In this document: one piece after another, positions 1 to 11,838 of the stretch | Numbering within the stretch: the first letter of the stretch is position 1 | How the letters are laid out: every line of letters begins with the position of its first letter | NCBI RefSeq assembly: GCF_902652985.1 | Contig: NC_047017.1 | Coordinates: 23,684,001-23,748,000 of the forward strand | Length of the DNA stretch: 64,000 bases | Direction: 5' to 3' | From: Pecten maximus | Taxonomy: Eukaryota | Program-made: the position numbers and the translations under genes | The notes under the pieces: model-generated | Told to the model about the DNA's origin: nothing | The model's database searches: none | What the model saw: the letters and a program-made list of their open reading frames with translations, nothing else

Positions 1-415
1 TTGGACCTCTACACAAGATTATATGTTGTGTGTATAGATTCTACATGTGTTGGACCTCTACACGAGATTATATGTTGTGTGTATAGATCCTACGTGTGTG
101 GGACGTCTAAACAAGATTATATGTTGTGTGTATAGATTCTACATGTGTTGGACCTCTACACAAGATTATATGTTGTGGGTATAGATTGTCATGTGTGGGA
201 CCTCTACACAAGATTATATGTTGTGTGTATAGATTCTACATGTGAGGGACATCTACACAAGATTATATGTTGTGTGTATAGATTCTACATGTGTTGGACC
301 TCTACACAAGATTATATGTTGTGTGTATAGATCCGTCATGTGTTGGACCTCTACACAAGATTATATGTTGTGTGTATAGATTGTCATGTGAGGGACCTCC
401 ACACAAGATTATATG
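1..415. repeat. 49-bp minisatellite, ~8.5 copies, truncated by window start
   Basis: Unit TTGGACCTCTACACAAGATTATATGTTGTGTGTATAGATTCTACATGTG repeated with few substitutions; ORF 145-330 is its translation. Confidence 0.95.
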
Positions 416-617
416 ATAATAAATTCAAATAGGTGTTGATGTTAAAACAGTCCATAGTGAAAATAATTATTGTCTTAATTATTGAAATGGAAGTAAAACA
501 GAGATGTCACCACTGTTGTCTGTGAAAAAATAACAAGAAGAAAAGCAAAGCAATAAAGTAACAGAACAGATATGTAATGTGATAAACACTTATGTTAGAC
601 TTTTGATCCTGTTTCAG

Positions 618-686
618 GAGCTGGAAAAAGCAGACATGATCCATGAAGAGGTTAAATTAGCTACAAAACCAGAAACTGATGTCTAA
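618..686 (+). CDS. Probable terminal coding exon of an unidentified upstream gene (ELEKADMIHEEVKLATKPETDV*)
   Basis: Acceptor gatcctgtttcag|GAG at 617/618; 22 open codons then TAA; ends in class-I PDZ-binding-like E-T-D-V. Phase 0 assumed; no upstream exon in the window. Confidence 0.5.
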   Translation, partial: ELEKADMIHEEVKLATKPETDV

Positions 687-741
687 TAGCTGCTAGTATT
701 TTGTTATATTCTGAACTGTGAGGAACAACAACAGACTGGAA

Positions 742-2270
742 CCTGTAGCTTACCTGACAGATATACTGTCTGCTACCTGTAGCTTACCTGACAGATATAC
801 TGTCTGGTACTATAGCTTACCTGACAGATATACTGTCTGCTACCTGTAGCTTACCTGACAGATATACTGTCTGGTACTATAGCTTACCTGACAGATATAC
901 TGTCTGCTACCTGTAGCTTACCTGACAGATATACTGTCTGCTACCTGTAGCTTACCTGACAGATATACTGTCTGCTACCTGTAGCTTACCTGACAGATAT
1001 ACTGTCTGCTACCTGTAGCTTACCTGACAGATATACTGTCTGCTACCTGTAGCTTACCTGACAGATATACTGTCTGCTACCTGATAGCTTACCCTGACAG
1101 ATATACTGTCTGCTACCTGTAGCTTACCTGACAGATATACTGTCTGCTACCTGTAGCTTACCTGACAGATATACTGTCTGGTACCTGTAGCTTACCTGAC
1201 AGATACACTGTCTGCTACCTGTAGCTTACCTGACAGATATACTGTCTGCTACCTGTAGCTTACCTGACAGATATACTGTCTGCTACCTGTAGCTTACCTG
1301 ACAGATATACTGTCTGCTACCTGTAGCTTACCTGACAGATATACTGTCTGGTACTATAGCTTACCTGACAGATACACTGTCTGCTACCTGTAGCTTACCT
1401 GACAGATATACTGTCTGCTACCTGTAGCTTACCTGACAGATATACTGTCTGCTACCTGTAGCTTACCTGACAGATATACTGTCTGCTACCTGTAGCTTAC
1501 CTGACAGATATACTGTCTGCTACCTGTAGCTTACCTGACAGATATACTGTCTGGTACTATAGCTTACCTGACAGATATACTGTCTGGTACTATAGCTTAC
1601 CTGACAGATATACTGTCTGGTACTATAGCTTACCTGACAGATATACTGTCTGCTACCTGTAGCTTACCTGACTGATATACTGTCTGGTACTATAGCTTAC
1701 CTGACAGATATACTGTCTGCTACCTGTAGCTTACCTGACTGATATACTGTCTGCTACCTGTAGCTTACCTGACAGATATACTGTCTGCTACCTGTAGCTT
1801 ACCTGACAGATATACTGTCTGCTACCTGTAGCTTACCTGACAGATATACTGTCTGCTACCTATAGCTTACCTGACAGATATACTGTCTGCTACCTGTAGC
1901 TTACCTGACAGATATACTGTCTGCTACCTGTAGCTTACCTGACAGATATACTGTCTGCTACCTGTAGCTTACCTGACAGATATACTGTCTGATACTATAG
2001 CTTACCTTACAGATATACTGTCTGCTACCTGTAGCTTACCTGACAGATATACTGTCTGCTACCTGTAGCTTACCTGACAGATATACTGTCTGCTACCTGT
2101 AGCTTACCTGACAGATATACTGTCTGCTACCTATAGCTTACCTGACAGATATACTGTCTGATACCTATAGCTTACCTGACAGATATACTGTCTGCTACCT
2201 GTAGCTTACCTGACAGATATACTGTCTGGTACTATAGCTTACCTTACAGATATACTGTCTGGCACCTGTA
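742..2270. repeat. 33/34-bp hairpin-forming minisatellite, ~45 copies
   Basis: Unit CTGTAGCTTACCTGACAGATATACTGTCTGCTAC (variant ...CTGGTACTATAG); internal inverted repeat GACAG-ATATA-CTGTC flanked by GTAGC/GCTAC. Confidence 0.97.
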
Positions 2271-4724
2271 CCTGGTGTGTCCTGGGTGTATAGTTACAAG
2301 GCTCTCATCCCAGCCCATAGACTATTAACATTGAATTGTTATCATGTTATGATATTGAATTTTATAATTAATTTATTAGTGTTTCTCCCCAAAGAATTCT
2401 TTTAATTATGTAGTTAATTATATATCATCATCAGATCTCATTAACTGTGAGTGGGGAACCCCTTTGATGGCTATTATTAGTAACTATGAATGGGGAATCC
2501 TCCAAGGGCTATTTTAAGCATCTGCGAGCGGGGAATCCTTTGAGGACTATTATTAGTTAGATTAGCGATGTTGATGACAGATCTGTGATTATGGTAGAGG
2601 AAGTCTAGCTGTGATAGAGTTACAGAGAGCAGTGTCTCAGTCGCATGCTCTTTTATGACTTTGTATATATATATCAAGAGGTAGTCAGTCACTTGGGAGA
2701 GCTGTTTGGATTATATATTTAGTACAATGTGTGAATAGCGAAGTAAACATTTGTAGATATTTGTCATTATGTAACAAGAGCATTACTGTATCTGGTTTGT
2801 CTTCTGGCTGTCAACATATGCCTATTACATTACCTGAGTAGACAATGTTACAAGTATGAATACCTCAGCGCTCTTTTACAACTGATATTACGATTGTATC
2901 TCTTGTATGAAGGCAGAGGCAGATCATTTGGAATGTTTAGGAAAGTTTCTGGTCTAGAATGTTGAGACATGTGACAACATAAGTAGCTGCAATGTCACAA
3001 TCGCAAACACTGGTGTGTTCAGTGATGACGAGGAAAATTCATTTCAGAAAGGAAACCAAAGAAAAGTAGAAGTTGGGGACTAACAGTAACCCATAGATAC
3101 GGGACTACTAACGACAGAGACGGATCATACCAGGCATCTAGAAGTCTTTTGTCAGTGAAACAATTGATATCATTTCATATCATCTAACAAAGTGAAAGAT
3201 TTAGAAATTTGTATAATTGCTGTGAGAAAGATACAGAACATTGAAGACCAGGAAATGATGTTTTGGGTTGACAGGGAGAAGACAAAATTTTGAACAGTAA
3301 CGAAAACACAGAAATGTTCATTTCTCTTCCAATTATATGTAAAAATGGTTATGTACTGGTGATATGCATGTCCCACTCTACGCACATTGGCATTGTTTCT
3401 GTATATCTTTGTTTGCTGACCTCGTCTGAAGAATCATGGTGTCCATTGCTGTACTGTGGTATCTGTCGACTGACCAGGCTGCCATTAGTTCATTTGTTGT
3501 GTTCTTTGAGTTGACATCTCACACTGATGTGACAGATTAAGTGTTTATCTTACGCAGTAAACTTGATACATTAACATCCTGTACGTTATAGTGTCCGTAT
3601 TGTAGAAATCATACCAAATCCATCATTTTCATATCTAAGCTGAACACATTGTACTTAAAGGGACACTTATAAATGAAATATTGAAGTGTGTACTCTTTCC
3701 AGAATCCTCCCTCCTCACAGTCACTCCTATATCAAGGTAGAATTGAGATCATCATTAAGTATAATGAATTCGTTGTTTACCTACCTGGAGCATTTCTGAA
3801 CAATAATCAGTTGACAAAATTACAGCAAAATACTGTCATCAGTTTCATCCTAAATCAAAGCTACAAGCCACAAGTCAAGATATTTTAAAGAGAGCATAGT
3901 TTGGTGGTGTCTGTTCAGAGGATTATCAGGTCAAGGAGATGTATATATCTATATGTGTTTATCAATATACCATATAGGTGGGTTTTAGGGGATAGACAAG
4001 CATGATATATTCTGTTTATAGTTTACCAAGCTTTTATCTTATTTTGTGTTAGAGTTGTCTGTTATCTGTTGGAGAAATTACTGATTTTGTTTGTTTTATT
4101 TTGCTTTAAGGACATGAAGATACTTGATATAGCTTGTTTCTGCTCTGATTGTTCATTTACATTGATTTTGTACTTTTATGTTTCTTTCCTGTTCTGACAC
4201 TCTTATGATGACTATTCGTGTGACGCATTCCGCATATATAAGCTCTCTATGTTATTCAGTTCTACAAAGTATCGGACTTAAGATTTTAATACTTACAACT
4301 TTGTAGTGATTTATAATGACAGATAATAACCAAAGTTTCAGATTTACTACCAAAGATCTATCTATATTGTAAATGTAGTCTGTGTGTCGTGTTATGTTTT
4401 TAATTTCATCATGACCAAAAGGTTTTAATTTATCTCAATTATTTGATATTGATGAGCTGTGTGTAAAGTTTATGTGGCAACTCCCTATGGAAATAATCTC
4501 ATTATTACTTTATATCATTTCAATCATGCATTACAGTTTAATGAATGCCATAGATCTAGTCATACATTGCCGTAAACAAAAAATGTACTGTCCAAATAAC
4601 CCAACATTGCTAATCATACAATACAGTATACAGTTCCATGAACATTATATATTACTAGTCATACATTACAGTTTACAGTCCCATGAATGCCACCTTACCA
4701 CTCACACCAATAGATATGTTAAAG

Positions 4725-4897
4725 TTTACACTCTCATGAATGCCACCATACTACTCATACTGATAGATACATTACAATTTACACTCTCATGAATGTCACC
4801 ATACTACTCATACTGATAGATACATTACAATTTACACTCTCATGAATGCCACCATACTACTCATACTGATAGATACATTACAATTTACACTCTCATG
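4725..4897. repeat. ~53-bp tandem repeat, ~3 copies
   Basis: TTTACACTCTCATGAATGCCACCATACTACTCATACTGATAGATACATTACAA repeated directly before the SINE. Confidence 0.85.
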
Positions 4898-4911
4898 ATC
4901 ACTACCTTATT

Positions 4912-5159
4912 GTAAATGTAAACTTTATTTAATTTACAACAATTGAGAAACAAGTTATATTAACTTATATTAATCACGCTTGTTGGCCCGGATGGAAGCG
5001 CGCGAGGGGTCTTCCGGGGGAGGAAACCGGAGTACCCAGGGAAAACCCACGTGGTCGGGCAGGTGACCAAATACCGTTTCACGTCCGATCGGGGAATCGA
5101 ACCCCGGCCGCCTTGGTGAAAGGCAAGTGTGTTACCACTGTGCCACCCGACCACCCATG
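4912..5159 (-). mobile_element. Full-length tRNA-derived SINE (V/Meta-type central domain)
   Basis: Minus strand: A box TGGCACAGTGG, B box GGTTCGATTCC, central TGGGTTTTCCCTGGGTACTCCGGTTTCCTCCC, AT-rich tail; TSD ACTACCTTATT at 4901-4911 and 5160-5170. Confidence 0.9.
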
Positions 5160-5369
5160 ACTACCTTATTAGTCATACATCACACTATAAAGTTCCTAGA
5201 ACACAAAATTACTTTCTGAAAAATTGTTGCAGCAGATTTATTTTCAATTAATTTTGGATTTATCAATATGATATGAAAACATGTCCGATTCATTGATGTG
5301 AATTGAAGTCCCAAGTGATTTCTAAATTTCTTTTCTGTTAATTTTGTTTTTTATTGATTTCATTGAAAC

Positions 5370-5505
5370 AAATTCATGAAATCAAATTTTCATGAAAATA
5401 CCTGTATAGTATTCACCAGACCATTTTCAGCAAAGAAATTCATGAAATCAAATTTTCATGAAAATACCTGTATAGTATTCACCAGACCATTTTCAGCAAA
5501 GAAAT
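5370..5505. repeat. 66-bp direct tandem duplication
   Basis: AAATTCATGAAATCAAATTTTCATGAAAATACCTGTATAGTATTCACCAGACCATTTTCAGCAAAG present twice. Confidence 0.9.
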
Positions 5506-7557
5506 ACATTCAGATAAACAAAAAAAATGATGACAAAGCACAGCCATATGATGTCCTATAAATATACATGGTATGATATTTAGTGTAGGATATTGAGTGA
5601 TACTGAAGACTTCTCTACTTTAATGTTACATTAAGGGATAATTAAATTGTCAGGGCGAGTGAAATTATCTCTGTGTGTAGGACTGAAATGGTGATGTGTA
5701 TACCAAGGCTTTGTATACCCATATGTCTGTTGTGACTTTATAGAAATGAGGATCATACTGTGCTTAGTTTAATTTGTGCAATAACAGATTTGTTTTCTTT
5801 GTTTTGTGAAGACTGGTCAGTTGTTAATGCTTCAATCTTAACTTAATATACGTGTTTGTGCTATTGAAGTGAGATAATCAAAATATTGTGTGAGGGTGTG
5901 TGTGTGTTTGTGGGTAATTCAATAGATCATGTAATCCACACAGATATCTCTATATTTACCCTGAGAATCACGCTGAGACATTAATTTTACCACTGTTAGT
6001 ACAACGTAATGCCTTTCTGTGGTTACTGTCTTCCATAAGATTTTCCTTTGAACAAGATCTTTTTAATCATGACCATTCATTAGCTGTGAAAAAAGGAAAT
6101 ACATCTCCATAATTATACCCTATAAAACTTGCATCTATTCGCAATCCATCATAGTCATACTCGGTTATGGGTTTGAATTGCAAGGAACATTATTAAATAA
6201 TTAAATATAAATTTTCTCAATGAAATTTCAGCAAATTGCATAAAAGTTGATACCATAGTGGGTAAACAAATGTCCATACAACAGTGTATGATCATAAATG
6301 TCTCGCTATCATTCAGATTGAAAATCAAAGAATGAATTCGACAAAATAAAAAAAAAAATTTAACTTTCCTCTTTTCAATCTATTTACATAATACTGTACT
6401 CATTATTGTTAATTTTGGTTAATGTTTAAAGAAGAATATCCTTATGATTTTTCTAAGGGAAGTATCTTCTTTTGTATTCAAGTAATTATTCCATGTACAT
6501 GTACATCCATTCTACTTACACAGTTTAACCTGCCTTAGTGACCCTTGTTTCATTCAAACTTGTCTGTGGGATAAAAAGTAAACAATTTTAATAGACAAAT
6601 AGCCCTGATGCACCAGTACATCTTTATATGTCATACAGTAAAAGGCTGTTTTCAATCACAACATTATCAAAGTGTATCAGTGAGTAGGTCTTTATACATC
6701 AATGATATAGAGAACACAGGGACTTGGCACAAATTTCAACCCATGATTATATGTATCATAAGATACAATATAAAGATTATGTGTTGGGAGTATGTAGCAA
6801 GTCCCTGTGGAGCACCTCATTGCTAAATCTAGATCTGCTGATTGTAATAAAATTATGTTGTATTTATTTTGTAATATGTGCAATGTTATGAATGTATTTT
6901 TTCTTGCAGACAGGTGGTCTCTAACATTATAGGCACAATGATACCAGTAGATAAAAGTTACTCTATAGTTTGTTAGACCTGTGAGATAGATTGCTACACT
7001 TACCTATACTTATTGGCATGCCTGCAGCCTTAGTACTGTATCAAATACATTTTTTTAAATCTAAAAAAAAAACTACTACATAATTATTTGCCATGCAACA
7101 TAGGGACGATTTTCAAAACATGTCATTAAGATGTTTATTCAAATACTTATAGCTTCCATTCAAATAAACATCTACAAAACAAGGATATTCCTATTGACCT
7201 TGAAATAAATTATATTTTTAAACAGCCTGAAAAACTCATGATTTGCATATTTATTTTTCTATATGAAAAAGGTAATTAGGCAGAGTTTGTAGAGGGGAAC
7301 CGAGAAAGCATATTAGATATATATATATATGATAAAGGAAGGATAACTGATGGAATTAACTGTCCGACTTGTTTTAAGGCTTTACTTACACAGATGTGTA
7401 CAGGACACAGATTGTTAGACCTCGATATCAAGATCCTTGTCCAGGACCGACTACGACATCTCTCTGGGTATGGTTTATGTCAGCCTTGTAGTTATCACAT
7501 AAATTAATGTTTACCTGATGTCTATCAAGTCTATTCCCTATGTTTGTAGGGTTGGTG

Positions 7558-7800
7558 CATTCACGACCTTGTTTGTTAGGGTATTCCAGCAGTTTACCAT
7601 TCACGACCTTGTTTGTTAGGGTGTTCCAGCAGTTTACCATTCACGACCTTGTTTGGTAGGGTGTTCCAGCGGTTTACCATTCACGACCTTGTTTGGTAGG
7701 GTATTCCAGCAGTTTACCATTCACGACCTTGTTTGTTAGGGTGTTCCAGCGGTTTACCATTCACGACCTTGGTTGATAGGATGTTCCAGCGGTTTACCAC
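7558..7800. repeat. 40-bp minisatellite, 6 copies
   Basis: Unit TCACGACCTTGTTTGTTAGGGTGTTCCAGCAGTTTACCAT. Confidence 0.95.
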
Positions 7801-8065
7801 TCTGTGTAAATGACGACTTTTGTATATCTTGCCTGCTGCGTTCTGTAACTATACAAAATTCATGACCTCTGGTTCTTTTGTTAGAGTTTAACCAATAGCT
7901 GATCATACAGGTCAAGTGTTGTAGACTAAACTGAATCTTGTCACCAGTTAGTCTTTCTAAATGGTAATGCCGGAAGCATTAAGTTGCCTTAAACATGTAA
8001 ATCAACTCTTTGACTTGTGTAACTTTTAGATAATTACATATATATGTATCTTGTCACAGACCTCA

Positions 8066-9546
8066 TTTTTAGCTCACCTGGTCAGAAGCCTCCCTATGGG
8101 TAGGGGACTCAGAATTGTACAAATGATGGGGCTGACCCCCTGGGGGCCTCTGGGGCGGGGCCAAAAGGGGTCATTTTTGCACTATTGATATAAACGACTT
8201 CTTCTCTGAAACCAAGCATTGGCTATCCCTCATATTTGCCTGGTAGCATCACTATGGGGTGGGGATTCAAAATTGTACAAATGATGGGGCTGACCCCCCA
8301 GGGGCCTGAGGGGCGGGGCCAAATGTGGTCAATCTGGCTATATTGATATAAACGACTTCTTCTCTAAAACCAAGCAATGGCTATCGCTCATATTTACCTG
8401 GTAGCATCATTATGGGGTGGGGATTCAAAATTGTACAAATGATGGGACTGACCCCCCAGGGGCCTGAGGGGCGGGGCCAAATGTGGTCAATTGGGCTATA
8501 TTGATATTAGCAACTTCTTCTCTGAAACCAAGCAATGGATATTGCTCATATTTGCCTGGTAGCATCACTATTGGGTGGGCATTCAAAATTGTACAAATGG
8601 TGAGGCTGACCCCCCGGGGGCCTGAGGGGCAGGGCCAAAAGGGGTCAATTTGGCTGAATTGATATGAACGACTTCTTCTCTGAAACCAAGCAATGGCTAT
8701 CACTCATATTTGCCTGGTAGCATCACTATGGGGTGGGGATTCAAAATTGTACAAATGATGGGGCTGACCCCCCAGGGGCCTGAGGGGCGGGGCCAAATGT
8801 GGTCAATCTGGCTATATTGATATAAACGACTTCTTCTCTAAAACCAAGCAATGGCTATCGCTCATATTTACCTGGTAGCATCATTATGGGGTGGGGATTC
8901 AAAATTGTACAAATGATGGGGTTGACCCCCCAGGGGCCTGAGGGGCGGGGCCAAATGTGGTCAATTGGGCTATATTGATATTAGCGACTTCTTCTCTGAA
9001 ACCAAGCAATGGATATTGCTCATATTTGCCTGGTAGCATCACTATTGGGTGGGCATTCAAAATTGTACAAATGGTGAGGCTGACCCCCCGGGGGCCTGAG
9101 GGGCAGGGCCAAGAGGGGTCAATTTGGCTGAATTGATATGAACAACTTCTTCTCTGAAACTAAGCAAGATATATCGCTCATATTTGCCTGGTAGCATCCT
9201 TTTGGCTAGGGATTCAAAATTTTATAAAGGAAGGAACTGACCCCCACTCCCCCTGGGGTGCAGAAGGCGGGGTCAAAAGGGGTCAATTGGTTTAAACAAC
9301 TTCTTTTCTGAAACTAAAATGGATATCACTCACATTTGTGTGGTAGCATCCCTATGGGGTTGTGCCAAAAGTTAATTTTATTTCGTGGATTAATGCATTT
9401 TTTGACATCAAATCCTCACGTACCCATATAAAATGCCTATGATATATTGACATAGCAATACCAGTGACAAATATACTTAATCATCATTCTTGTTTCATAT
9501 CTCATGAAATCCAGGTGAGCGATACAGGCCCTCTGGGCCTCTTGTT
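8066..9546 (+). mobile_element. Non-autonomous Helentron/HINE-like element carrying ~8 x ~159-bp tandem repeats
   Basis: 5' TTTTAGCTCACCTGG; 3' CCAGGTGAGC (subterminal inverted repeat), hairpin AGGCCCTCTGGGCCT, then CTTGTT; T-rich insertion site; internal ~159-bp units (GGGGATTCAAAATTGTACAAATGATGGGGCTGACCCC...). Confidence 0.85.
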
Positions 9547-9589
9547 TAGCACTACATTTATATACGGTACATCTTGGGGATGCCCAAGA

Positions 9590-9905
9590 TCCTTGTTAGG
9601 AGTTTGTGGAAATTTAATGGTTATCAACGTCTTGCTGTTACCAGAGATATGTGACTTGTATCTGTCTCAAACATCTAGAGATTTGGCACTTAAGCCGAAG
9701 ATTATTGTTAGGAGTTTGTGGAGTTTTAGCTGTTATATATCTTGCTGTGACCAGAGATATGTGACTTGTACCTTGTCACAGACTTCAAGATTTGGCACTA
9801 AAGCCGGAGATTATTGTTACAATTTGTGGAGTTTTAGCGGTTATTTACATCTTGCTGTGACTTGAGACATACGACTCAGCACCTTGTCACAGAAATCATT
9901 TAGTA
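9590..9905. repeat. Degenerate ~115-120-bp tandem repeat, ~2.5 copies
   Basis: Recurring GAGTTTGTGG...CTTGCTGTGACCAGAGATATGTGACTTGTA...GATTTGGCACT blocks. Confidence 0.7.
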
Positions 9906-11756
9906 AAAGTCTGGGATCTGTAACACAGCACCTTACCACAGAGTGATGTTATATGCCTGTTGTGTTCTATTTAAAGAGAATCTCGTCATTATATACATGT
10001 AGTTTGTGATAGCAGTCGATGGGTACTATGGTATGTAGAGTCGCTAGGTATGTAAGCCGAGTGGGAGAGAGTGTGTGCTGCATCAATCATCTAGACATTT
10101 TAACATTCTCTAGCATTACCACATTCGTTGTACCCACTTGTTGACTTGTTTATTTTGTGTGTCTATTTTATATGATGCTAATGTCTTTAATCATCTGTAA
10201 CTTGTTCTTTAAATAATTGTTTTACCCTTTCAGTTATGTCTTTTAAAAATAAAATATTTACAATAGATTTCACATCATTTTCATGACTTTTCTATTAGAC
10301 TTGCCTGACATATTGTTATATGTACGTCCATCTTTCATAGGTTAGATTATATGGTGGCATGGTCTATCAGTCTGCTTTATCAAAATTGTTTAAGACAAAT
10401 TTTAATAACAACAGAACCTTATATAGAACTAACATATTGTTGGTGAGTTGGTGTTTCAAACTTCTGAACCCAATAACTTCTGATTTCTCTACAGCCTTCA
10501 CCTAACAAGATTTTAAATGATACATAATGTTAATAAGCTAAAACCAAACATGTTTTAAAATTTTCAACTTTATTACAAAGTTGTATATACACCAGCGTAT
10601 CACAGACAATCAGTATCATTTAACAAATGTGTGATGTGTATAAAGTTTGTGGAAAATACAACACAAGACACTGATATGCAAATCTCATCTCACTGAATAC
10701 TATGAAACCAACATTTAAAAATAAATTAACAAAGACGAAGATGTTGACTTTAAACATATAAGTCTGATAAAATACAGATTTATATAGTGTATAACCATAT
10801 TATTTGGCAGTAAGGCCATGACTGGTTATGACTCACATGAAGTGTGCTTTCATACATGTAACACAGGTTCATATAACCCCATTCTGATATAAAACATACA
10901 CACTGCTTCCAAAATAAGTTTATGAGACTGAAAAATCTTTAATAAAAAAAAAGTTTTTAAAAAGTTTTCAGGCTGGAAAAAAAAGAGGAAAAAAAGAAGA
11001 AGATTTTATAATTTTAACGTATAATATGCATATCAATAATGCTTCTGTAATACAAGGTTGTTTTTGCAAAAACTGGACCATGATGAAATAAAATTTCATC
11101 AGGTGTATCTGTATGGACGGTAAAGGTAAACTTATACCCTTTTAGAGAATCTTATGACCTGTAAACTTTCTAGAGAATATAATGGACGGCAAACTTTCAG
11201 GCAAAAAATGCAGTATCTCATGGAAATTAATATGAAATACCTGAATAGAAACACATGCAAGGCAGCCATACATGTTGGTATTAATAACATCCATCAGTAC
11301 ACAATAAATACATCAATTTACACCATTACAGATACAGGTAACAAGAAATGTGCATTACAATATGGTAAAACAAGACCTGGATGATTTACAATGGTTGAAA
11401 TTTCTTTTCTAGTTCAAGACAAAATATTTTTGCCTTATAGATCTCGAAATTATAAATAGAATCTGTTCCGTGTTATTCACAAGCTTGTACATTTAAAGAG
11501 TAACCTTATGTCTTGTCTGTTCATTAACTTGGAGACATTCACTTCAGACACTTTCAACAATCATTCTTTTTTGCTGAAAAATGTCCCTGAATTGTTCATT
11601 AGTAAACATTCACTGCTTGAGGTGACAAATACAACCCACCGTACACTTTCCAGTTGAGAGAACAACCCATATTCTTTTTTAAAGTGTCCAGGTAGTTATG
11701 GGCTGATTCTACATTGGGATTTTCGTCTATTTGGATTTTCGTCACTGTTATAATTT

Positions 11757-11838
11757 CCAGGTTTACATGTGACAATGTAGAAGACCTAAGCCACCACCAG
11801 GTTTACATGTGACGCTGTAGAAGATCTAAGCCACCACC
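11757..11838. repeat. 40-bp tandem duplication spanning the BBS1 stop codon
   Basis: CCAGGTTTACATGTGAC..TGTAGAAGA.CTAAGCCACCA twice; on the minus strand each copy has GTGGTGGCTTAG (V-V-A-stop). Confidence 0.9.

Noticed and set aside
742-2270. CRISPR-like appearance of a palindromic 34-bp repeat
   Set aside because: No unique spacers, no cas genes, eukaryotic context.
5085-5157. Possible tRNA gene
   Set aside because: The A/B boxes are the head of a SINE with body, tail and TSD; no complete cloverleaf evident.
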